From NCBI GenBank assembly GCA_043745805.1, contig JAYTSD010000037.1, positions 1 through 64,000 of the forward strand: 64,000 nt of DNA, in the 5' to 3' direction. Source of the stretch: Fibrobacteria bacterium. GTDB lineage: Bacteria; Fibrobacterota; Fibrobacteria; UBA11236. Shown piece by piece: positions 20,988 to 29,109 of this stretch. The notes below the pieces were generated by a model that was not told the DNA's origin, ran no database searches, and saw only the letters and a program-made list of their open reading frames with translations. Numbering within the stretch: the first letter of the stretch is position 1; each line of letters opens with the position of its first letter. The position numbers were made by a program, and so were the translations under genes.

Positions 20988-21668
20988 ATGTTTAAACTGG
21001 AATACGCGGCCAATAGGTCTCAATGCGCAATGCACCCGAAGGCTAGGAATTTTTTCCGGTCCTCGGCGCATTATTCAAAATGGATTCTGGAATCGAGCCC
21101 TCCCTTGACCTTGCCCGTAGAAATTCCTTTGCTCATGGAACAGATTGCCAATCGCGATTCTAAAGCTTTGAAGGAATTGTACCAACGCTTTTCCAAGGTC
21201 ATTTACAATATCATTTTCTCCATTCTGAAGAAGAAGGAAGACTCGGAAGAAATCCTAGAAGAAGTATTTTTCCAGGTATGGGAAAAAGCACCTCAATATG
21301 ATATTACAAAAGGCTCGGTTTATACTTGGATGCTGACCCTGGCCCGCAATCGTGCGATTGATCGTATTCGCTCCAAAGGTTTCAAAGGCGAGAAATCCAT
21401 GGACATGGCTGCCGATGTGGAAGCAATGTGTAACAATGATCACACTAGTCAATTAGATCAAGTGGTCCTCTCGGAAAGGGCCGTGCATGTCAAGACGGCC
21501 ATGAACAGGCTTTCTTCGGATCAACGCCAAGTATTACAGACCGCATATTTCGAGGGGCAATCTCAAACAGAGATCGCAACATCTTTGGGCATTCCCCTCG
21601 GAACTGTTAAATCTAGGGTTCGCGATGGCATGAAAGCGATGCAATTCTTTTTGAAGGATGTGCTGTGA
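20988..21668 (+). CDS. ECF RNA polymerase sigma factor (SigK-like)
   Basis: Region 2 EEILEEVFFQVW..WMLTLARNRAIDRIR; region 4 YFEGQSQTEIA..LGIPLGTVKSRVR. True start may be downstream. Confidence 0.92.
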   Translation: MFKLEYAANRSQCAMHPKARNFFRSSAHYSKWILESSPPLTLPVEIPLLMEQIANRDSKALKELYQRFSKVIYNIIFSILKKKEDSEEILEEVFFQVWEKAPQYDITKGSVYTWMLTLARNRAIDRIRSKGFKGEKSMDMAADVEAMCNNDHTSQLDQVVLSERAVHVKTAMNRLSSDQRQVLQTAYFEGQSQTEIATSLGIPLGTVKSRVRDGMKAMQFFLKDVL

Positions 21669-22468
21669 TGACCATGGATAAAAAAGAATTCCTAAACTTG
21701 GCAGAAGTTTTTGCCCTCGGTTTGATCGATGGCCAAGATTGCGTCCGTTTCAGACAAGCCCTAGCATCAGCCGATGAAGAAATGCTGGAGGCCTACAATG
21801 CAGCCGTACAGTCCACTGTAAACCTTTCCTTGGCCGCGCCCGAAATGCCACTCTCGTCTTCCGTTCTCGATAAACTGATGACTCGCATCGAACCGGTTCA
21901 AGTTCCCGCTCCCAAGGTGCGCATCGCTTGGATCATGCCTTTTCGCATTGCTGCTTTTACGACCGCATGCTTGGCTCTCGTGACGGTAGGGTTAGTGAGC
22001 TATGTCAATTATCTACGCGCCGGCAAGGAAAGCCTTCAAAGTCAGGTCGCCGTGAGTCACGTTAAAATCCAAATGTTACAAGACTCACTATCGCAGAAAG
22101 AAGCCATGTTGGACGTAATCCGTTCCAATCAAATGCAGGTCGTGGTCATGAATGGCCAAGAAGTGAATCCCACCGGTTACGGGAAAATCATTTGGGATCC
22201 AGTCGGTAAAAAAGCCATTTTACATGTTTCGCATTTGCCCAAGCAATCGTCGGATAAAGATTATCAGCTTTGGGTGATTCGAGATAAGGTACCAGTCGAT
22301 GCAGGAGTATTTCAAGTGGCTGACAATTCCAAGAATGGCCAGCTCTATAAAATCGATCAATTAGCGGAAGCGGATAAAAGCCATATTAATGCCTTCGCTA
22401 TTACTCTCGAACCTAAGGGTGGCGTGAAGCAACCATCGGGCAAGATGTATCTTTTAGGTAGTATTTAA
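21665..22468 (+). CDS. Anti-sigma factor, RskA-like
   Basis: Overlaps the sigma stop; N-terminal anti-sigma segment (FALGLI), single TM, coiled coil, RskA-like C-terminus (DKDYQLW, PVDAGVF, AFAITLEPKGG...PSG). Confidence 0.88.
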   Translation: MMTMDKKEFLNLAEVFALGLIDGQDCVRFRQALASADEEMLEAYNAAVQSTVNLSLAAPEMPLSSSVLDKLMTRIEPVQVPAPKVRIAWIMPFRIAAFTTACLALVTVGLVSYVNYLRAGKESLQSQVAVSHVKIQMLQDSLSQKEAMLDVIRSNQMQVVVMNGQEVNPTGYGKIIWDPVGKKAILHVSHLPKQSSDKDYQLWVIRDKVPVDAGVFQVADNSKNGQLYKIDQLAEADKSHINAFAITLEPKGGVKQPSGKMYLLGSI

Positions 22469-22579
22469 AGAAAAGAAATTTCGACAACGTAAAGAATTTC
22501 TTTAACACGATTTAAGATTCCAATGCATTCTTTTTGTCCTACGCTTAGCTTAGCGCAAGAACAGTTACGCCTCCTATAC

Positions 22580-22900
22580 TTATTTACCTACCACGCAGAG
22601 ATAGGCGCACCAATGGAGCACGGTGCCGGCAGGCCAACGGAGCCGTTGTTCAAGAGCGCCTGCGAAGCGATCGATGATTTCCGCATTAACGCCTTGCAGC
22701 AACATGCTTAGGCGTAAACGCCCGATCTGCTGTAACATGCGTAAGAAACTCATGGGTAGATGTGCGGTCCAGTCTTCGCAGCGAATAACCGTAAATCCAG
22801 CTACTTGCAAGTCCCGTTTATAATCCTTTAGGGTTCCTAAATTCTGTACCGCATTTACAGGAGATAATATCAAAACCGATGTGCACAGGAGATAAGTCAA
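22580..22900 (-). pseudogene. C-terminal fragment of a SAM-dependent methyltransferase-like gene
   Basis: LGTLKDYKRDLQVAGFTVIRCEDWT resembles class I methyltransferase C-termini; no SAM-binding N-terminus present. Confidence 0.45.
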
Positions 22901-22988
22901 TGGAATTTAATAGGAAACATACATGTTACCTAGATTAGGCCCTACTCCAAAACCCAAGTCATCCTCGACAACGTTGGACGAAATATAC

Positions 22989-23059
22989 TGATCTTCGCCC
23001 CGTTTAACGGAAATTTTACTAAAAGTAAATTAGGTCAATTGGCTGGAGGTGTCTATGAA
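22989..23059 (+). mobile_element. Isolated IS3-family left end (IRL, RBS and ATG)
   Basis: 66/71 identical to the reverse complement of 12494-12564; similarity stops just after the ATG. Confidence 0.85.
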
Positions 23060-23096
23060 CAATCGCGTTTGATGATGCTACCTTAAAAGTAAATGC

Positions 23097-25184
23097 TTAT
23101 CCAGTTGAAAAGTCGATACCTATTGGTGGCAAAGAGCCGTCATTCTTTTTACTGAAAAAATCTTGAGCGCTAAAAAATTCTTCATCTGTAGCTTTATCAC
23201 AATGTGTATAATTTCCATCGCTACGCATTAAGCGGTTTTGCTTATTATCCGCCCAATAAATCGAAAGTATGTTTTGAATTTGTGATAAAATGATTGGATT
23301 TTTTAGCGAAACCAAAACTTCAACTCTTTTGCGCATATTGCGATCCATCCAATCGGCCGAACCCATATAGACTACGGGATTATTATTATTTGCAAAGAAA
23401 AAAATACGACTATGTTCTAAAAATCGTCCGATTAAACTTTTTACTTGAATATTTTCACTCAAGCCTTTTATTCCAGGACGTAACGCACAAATTCCACGTA
23501 CAATTAATTTAATTTGTACGCCAGCTTGTGAAGCACTATATAAGGCCTCAATGATTTCGGCATCGAATAAGGCGTTCATTTTAGCAACAATTAATGCAGG
23601 CCGACCATTTTGGGCATGTTCTTTTTCACGCCGAATAAATGAAAGGGTTTCAGATAAAAGATTTACCGGACCAACGAGTAAAGAATTAAAATCAGGACTT
23701 TTACTTTGCGAAGTTAAGAAATTAAAAACTTCACTTACGCCATTAGTAATTTCACTATTCGCCGTGAGTAAGCTTAAATCGGTATAATTTTTTGCGGTAT
23801 CGGGATTGTAATTACCGGTGCCAATGTGAGCATATTGGCTAAAGCCTTCTTCTTCTTTACGCACTACTAAGGCCAATTTGGAATGGGTTTTCAAGCCTAC
23901 CAAACCATATACCACCGTTCCACCATATTCTTCCAATTCACGCGCCCAACCAATATTGGATTTTTCATCAAAGCGTGCTTGTAATTCTACAACCACGACT
24001 ACTTCTTTTCCGAGCTCTGCAGCTTCGAGCAAAGCATACATAATCTGCGACTCTTGATTGGTACGATAAAGGGTTTGCTTTATCGCTAGAACTTTTGGAT
24101 CGCGAGCCGCGCTTTGAATGAACTGTACCACGGGATCGAAAGAATCATAAGGATGGTGAAGAAAAATATCTTGTGTTTGGATGCTTTTAAAAAAAGCGTC
24201 CCAATCACTAAATTTTATAGAGTGATTAGCTATTAAAGGTGAATATTTTAATAAATGATGTGGCAATAAATTATACAGACTAACTACTCGATTTAGGTTA
24301 ACAGGATTGGGTACGCGAAAAACTAAATTAGGTTCAATATCAAAGTACTTGATAAGTTCATCAACACTTTTTTTCGGCGCATTCTTATCGATTTCTAAGC
24401 GTACCACATTACCCTTACGGCGATTGTGTACTACGGCCTCCACGACATCAATCAAGCTGGCGCCTTCCTCTTCTTCCACATAAAGATTGCTATTGCGAGT
24501 GGCGCGAAAGGCGGAACAGTTTTTGATGACATAGCCACGAAAAAGTTCTTGAATGTAGTGTTGTATTACATCATAAATAAAGATAAAGCTATGATCTTTA
24601 TCTTTAGAGGGTAAACTTAGAAGTCGCGGTAAACTGCGTGGAATGGTGATCACGCCTAAGGCATCGTTTTTCTTGTCTTCTTTTAGAATGACTAAAAGAC
24701 AAAGACTTTTGTTTAGCACCCAAGGAAAAGGATGTGTGGGATCAAGCTTTATTGGTGTGAGTAGATGATAAACTTCTTTTTGAAAATAACGTTTTAAATA
24801 ACGAGCATCTTCCTCATTCAATTCCGCAAAGGATTTGATATGAATATTATTTTGTTGCAAGGCAGGTAACAAATATTCATTCCAGCATTTGTATTGCTGG
24901 CGAACTAATTTTTGGCATTGTCGTAATAAAGCCTCAAGTTTTTCTTCTGCATTAATTTCAGCAATACCATCGGTGAGTATTCCCGATTCAATTTTTTGCA
25001 AAAGTCCTGCAACGCGCACTTCAAAAAATTCATCTAAGTTATTTGCGACGATAGCTAAATATTTAATGCGCTCCAGAAGAGGGGTTGTGGAATTAAAAGC
25101 TTCGTCCAAAACTCTTTGATTAAAACTTAACCATGAAAATTCGCGATCAAGATAGCGATCTTTAAGTCCAGCCTGGCCTTGCAT
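23097..25184 (-). CDS. ppk1: Polyphosphate kinase 1
   Basis: REFSWLSFNQRVL, NLDEFFEVRVAGL, HPFP, HHPYDSF, ELQARFDE, KTHSK, GRFLEHSR, GSADWMDRN. Confidence 0.98.
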   Translation of the reverse strand: MQGQAGLKDRYLDREFSWLSFNQRVLDEAFNSTTPLLERIKYLAIVANNLDEFFEVRVAGLLQKIESGILTDGIAEINAEEKLEALLRQCQKLVRQQYKCWNEYLLPALQQNNIHIKSFAELNEEDARYLKRYFQKEVYHLLTPIKLDPTHPFPWVLNKSLCLLVILKEDKKNDALGVITIPRSLPRLLSLPSKDKDHSFIFIYDVIQHYIQELFRGYVIKNCSAFRATRNSNLYVEEEEGASLIDVVEAVVHNRRKGNVVRLEIDKNAPKKSVDELIKYFDIEPNLVFRVPNPVNLNRVVSLYNLLPHHLLKYSPLIANHSIKFSDWDAFFKSIQTQDIFLHHPYDSFDPVVQFIQSAARDPKVLAIKQTLYRTNQESQIMYALLEAAELGKEVVVVVELQARFDEKSNIGWARELEEYGGTVVYGLVGLKTHSKLALVVRKEEEGFSQYAHIGTGNYNPDTAKNYTDLSLLTANSEITNGVSEVFNFLTSQSKSPDFNSLLVGPVNLLSETLSFIRREKEHAQNGRPALIVAKMNALFDAEIIEALYSASQAGVQIKLIVRGICALRPGIKGLSENIQVKSLIGRFLEHSRIFFFANNNNPVVYMGSADWMDRNMRKRVEVLVSLKNPIILSQIQNILSIYWADNKQNRLMRSDGNYTHCDKATDEEFFSAQDFFSKKNDGSLPPIGIDFSTG

Positions 25185-26125
25185 TAAAAGCTCACCGAAG
25201 GAAAAGTAAGATGTCCATGCCGACTCCAGTAATAGACTACACCTTCTCTTAAACCCGATTCACTAATGCTTAAACGAGTCATTTGGAAATGGCGCATGCA
25301 AATATTTAAAACGCATAAGGCGGAAACGATAATGTTTGCGCGCTCCGGGCCAATTTCAAAAATAGCATTCAATTGCTGTGGACTTTTACCGATAGAAAAC
25401 TCTAAAAGAGTTTCAATACTACCGATGGTTATTTCCGGCATTAATTTTAAGAACGCTGGTGAATGTAGAGCCTGCACCATTTTGAAAATAGCGCGAATAT
25501 TGCCTGAGCTACCGATGGCGCGTGTCGCTGTAGGTGGCTTTGCTTTGAGGCTGGTAAGTTCTTTGGTGGTCCAATCGGAAATGGCTTTAATAGTTTCACG
25601 CGTGAATATTTTTCCTTGCGGAAAATTTTCGGTTAAACGAATTGCGCCTAAATCAAAGCTATGGCCATCGAGGTATTGCTCGCCTTTGCTCCAACTTAAT
25701 TCCACACTACCACCACCAATATCAATCGTTTTAATAATTTCGTCAGGAGTAGGATTAACTTTATGAACTATGCCCATATGAATGAGAAAACTTTCTTCTT
25801 CTCCAGATAAAACCCGAACTTGTAAATCGGTTTTTTGTTGCAGTTTTTTAACAAACATTTCGCGATTGGTGGCTGAACGAACCGCAGAGGTGGCTACAAT
25901 AAAAGTGAAATGAACCTTCTCACCACTTTTTTCTTGCGGTAGGTTTTTAATAAAATGCGCAATTTTATCAATGGCCTCATCGCTAATATGGCCTTTGGAA
26001 AATACTTGTTCACCTAAAGAAAGCGCAAGCTTAAATTTCTCTAATGCTTTGTAGGTTTGGTTTTCTACGGAATAGAGAGAGGCTTTGACTGAATTACTGC
26101 CAATATCAACAACTTTTAAAATCAT
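25184..26125 (-). CDS. ppx: Exopolyphosphatase Ppx/GppA family (short form, no C-terminal HD domain)
   Basis: VVDIGSNS, ATSAVR, LSGEEES, DIGGGSVE, GLREG; stop overlaps the ppk1 ATG. Confidence 0.92.
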   Translation of the reverse strand: MILKVVDIGSNSVKASLYSVENQTYKALEKFKLALSLGEQVFSKGHISDEAIDKIAHFIKNLPQEKSGEKVHFTFIVATSAVRSATNREMFVKKLQQKTDLQVRVLSGEEESFLIHMGIVHKVNPTPDEIIKTIDIGGGSVELSWSKGEQYLDGHSFDLGAIRLTENFPQGKIFTRETIKAISDWTTKELTSLKAKPPTATRAIGSSGNIRAIFKMVQALHSPAFLKLMPEITIGSIETLLEFSIGKSPQQLNAIFEIGPERANIIVSALCVLNICMRHFQMTRLSISESGLREGVVYYWSRHGHLTFPSVSF

Positions 26126-26450
26126 ATTACAAATTAACATCACCAGCAACACGTACTGGTTTTTGTTCTGATAAATTTAGAATTATTGGATCTTCTTTCA
26201 CTGGTTGGGATTAGGGAAAGCAGGGTTCCACAACAATATTTATCAATTAAAAACAAATTATTGCAAAAATATTTCCATTAAAGTGACTGGAAGGGCCTTC
26301 AATAAGGAGTGTGGCGATTTTACACAAAAAAAATCCAACTTAAAACACGAAGAACTTATTAATTTAAAGTTCAGTGAGATACAGCCAGATCGTTATAGGC
26401 TGACCCTACATCCACTGAGATAATTCCTGTTAGAAAGGCCTTTTTCCGAA

Positions 26451-27326
26451 ATGAAATCTAAATCGGTACCTGTAAAAACAAATCCAGAAACGCGCTGGGA
26501 GGCCCAATGGCTTTGGCAATTTGAAAATATTAAACGTTACAGAAAAAAATTTCCTCAAGCTTGGCCTGAATTAGTTACGGAATTTCCTCCGGGAAATAAA
26601 CTTGGGCAATGGGTGCAAAGACAACGATTATTAAAAACACAAAAACAAATGAGCAAAGAGCGTCTAGACCTTTTGCAAAAACAGGGATTTCCTTGGGAGA
26701 AAACCGATGCGCGAGAGATGCATTGGATGCAGCAGTACCAGCACTTACAACAATATCGCAAAAAAAATTCCATGGAATGGCCATTCGCAAGAGAAGAATT
26801 TCCTAAAGGGAATTTATTAGGTTTATGGGTATGGCGTCAAAGACAGCTTTTTCAAAAAGAGCAGTTGCCGAAAGAACGTCTTGAGCTGTTGAAGAAAATA
26901 AAATTCCCTTTGGAATTACCGGATTATTGGGAATTACACTTTAATACGCTCAAGGATTTTCGCAAAAAAAATCCTGACACTTGGCCTAAGGCACGGGAAG
27001 AATTTCCTAAAGGAAATCGTTTGGGTTTATGGTTGCATTTGCAACGTTGCGCTTACAAAGAAAAAAAACTCACTGCGGATAGAATTAAAAAGCTTTCACA
27101 AATTGGAGTAGTTTGGTTTGTAAAAGATGCAAATTGGCAGAAAAATTATGAAACGCTTAAAGATTTCAAAAAAAAGCATCCTAACTTATGGCCTTTAGGC
27201 ACAGTAGCTTCTGAGAATAATACGGTTTTGGTGGCTTGGTTGAATAGTCAGAGACAACAACGTAGACATGGTCGCCTCAATAGTGAACGTGAAGCGCTAT
27301 TAACTAAAATTGGAGTTAAATGGTAA
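26451..27326 (+). CDS. Stand-alone helicase-associated (HA)-domain repeat protein, 4 repeats
   Basis: Four ~70-aa repeats W...[FY]..L..[YF][RK]KK...WP......GN.LG.W...QR......L..ER...L.KIG..W; no helicase motifs. Confidence 0.8.
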   Translation: MKSKSVPVKTNPETRWEAQWLWQFENIKRYRKKFPQAWPELVTEFPPGNKLGQWVQRQRLLKTQKQMSKERLDLLQKQGFPWEKTDAREMHWMQQYQHLQQYRKKNSMEWPFAREEFPKGNLLGLWVWRQRQLFQKEQLPKERLELLKKIKFPLELPDYWELHFNTLKDFRKKNPDTWPKAREEFPKGNRLGLWLHLQRCAYKEKKLTADRIKKLSQIGVVWFVKDANWQKNYETLKDFKKKHPNLWPLGTVASENNTVLVAWLNSQRQQRRHGRLNSEREALLTKIGVKW

Positions 27327-27348
27327 AGTCTAGGGTTGCATTCGCAGC

Positions 27349-29106
27349 CTAAGTAACATTTTTCGGTAAGTCTAATGGAAGAATATATTTTTTCGACCAT
27401 TGGACTTTTTCTTCCTCGGAAAGCAAATTTTTCCCCAACAATAAAATTTCCTGTATGATTTGGTGTAAAGCAAAGGCATCACCTAATTGGTGAAGTGCTT
27501 GCAAAACCTTTTCCCATACTAAAGGATTAAAAGGGTTATGGATAAACCATAGTTTTAAAGTATCACGGAGAGTATCGCCTGCTTTTTGTTGTTGCAAGAT
27601 TTCAATTAAAAGCCCTTCTTTTTCCAAGGAAAAGAAATCTGTATGGGGAATAGCATTCAACGTGACAATTGCTTGGTTACTCTGCTCCAAAGCCAGATGG
27701 CATTGAGCTTGCAGCAGTAGGCACAGTCCAGTAAATAATTGTAGATAAGCCGTGGGCGCAGCATTAAATAAATCCTCCGCAAAGGCATGGTTTAAATCGG
27801 TATTCAAACCTTTCGCTAATTCAATAGGCGCATAAAAAAAACAATATCCTGGATCTGATTTTTCTATTGGAACTAAAGGGATTTTTTGTAGGGCGGAAAG
27901 ATTTTTTTCAGTATGTTCTAAGCAATTTTCATAGCGTTTTTCTATCCAAGCCATTTTTGCTAATCCAAACTCTCTTACATGCTCGGGTAATAAAGATGTT
28001 TGTAAATTTTGTAACAATAAACGACTAATAATTTCCGAAGAACTTTCAATTTCTAAGGCTTGCAATAATAGGCTAGGTATAGCTTCGGCTTTGAGTTTGG
28101 AATTATGTTGATCATTAATTTCCGACAAGGCTTCGGCAAGTGTGTACCCATAGCCTAGCACGCGAATTTTAGTGAGGGTGCTTTTATCTTGCATAGGTGG
28201 TAGGGAGCGGCGCATTTGCTGACAAGAAAACAAAAGTAAGGAATTTAATTGCGTGCCAAAGGTGTGTTTAGCAACTTCTTCACGTGCGCACATACTCATT
28301 ACAGGAAAACGATCGGCAAGGGCAAAAGCTTTTTCGATAGAGTCTTCAATTTGCGAAAGAGAATAATTTAAAAAATGCTCACCCTTGTTAAAGAGCAACG
28401 GAACCTCTAGGTTACTTTCTTCAATGAGCGGTATGGCGCCACAAGCCATAGCTTCATAGGTTCGCATATTAGCTTCACGACGAATCGCATAATTAAAAAC
28501 CAAATGGCTGCGATTTAAAATATCGAGATACTGTTCTCCATAAGCATTCCCGATAAATATTCGATACTTACTCGAAAGGCGAGCCACGCGTTGCAATAAT
28601 CTATTTCGATCACGATGTAAGCCCGTATTCAAATTACCACAAAAAGAAATATCGATATCGCGTTTTTTATCCTGATAATAAAAACACTCGGGAAAATGTC
28701 CAAATAAAGCTTGGGGGAAAATATTAGTTAAGCCTGCACCGTGCAATATTTCACAACCTGGAGCATCCGTAAAACAAAAATCAAAAAATTTAGCGACCTC
28801 AGGTAAAAATCGTAAACAAACATTCCAATCGGTAATCAGTAAAATTTTAATTCCAGAAAAATTTGCAATATCATAAGGTATGGGTAAATATTCGGGACTT
28901 TGAATGAGAACAATATCCGGAAATTCATTTTCAGGAATGGTGCTTAATATTTCTTTTAGTGATCGTCTTTCCTTATTAGCGGCATAAGGGATTTGTTTGC
29001 CCTCTCTAAATTGAGCGGGAGTGTAATGGGAAAAATCCCGAAATACAAAATCTTTTAATTGATGTGATCCAATATTCCCTAATACTCGTGGGAGTGCTTT
29101 ATTCAT
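27349..29106 (-). CDS. Glycosyltransferase (CgeB/Glyco_trans_1_2-like) with helical/TPR-like C-terminus
   Basis: DIDISFCGN, YLDILNRSHLVFN, NMRTYEAMACG, HTF motif. Confidence 0.75.
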   Translation of the reverse strand: MNKALPRVLGNIGSHQLKDFVFRDFSHYTPAQFREGKQIPYAANKERRSLKEILSTIPENEFPDIVLIQSPEYLPIPYDIANFSGIKILLITDWNVCLRFLPEVAKFFDFCFTDAPGCEILHGAGLTNIFPQALFGHFPECFYYQDKKRDIDISFCGNLNTGLHRDRNRLLQRVARLSSKYRIFIGNAYGEQYLDILNRSHLVFNYAIRREANMRTYEAMACGAIPLIEESNLEVPLLFNKGEHFLNYSLSQIEDSIEKAFALADRFPVMSMCAREEVAKHTFGTQLNSLLLFSCQQMRRSLPPMQDKSTLTKIRVLGYGYTLAEALSEINDQHNSKLKAEAIPSLLLQALEIESSSEIISRLLLQNLQTSLLPEHVREFGLAKMAWIEKRYENCLEHTEKNLSALQKIPLVPIEKSDPGYCFFYAPIELAKGLNTDLNHAFAEDLFNAAPTAYLQLFTGLCLLLQAQCHLALEQSNQAIVTLNAIPHTDFFSLEKEGLLIEILQQQKAGDTLRDTLKLWFIHNPFNPLVWEKVLQALHQLGDAFALHQIIQEILLLGKNLLSEEEKVQWSKKYILPLDLPKNVT

Positions 29107-29109
29107 AGG

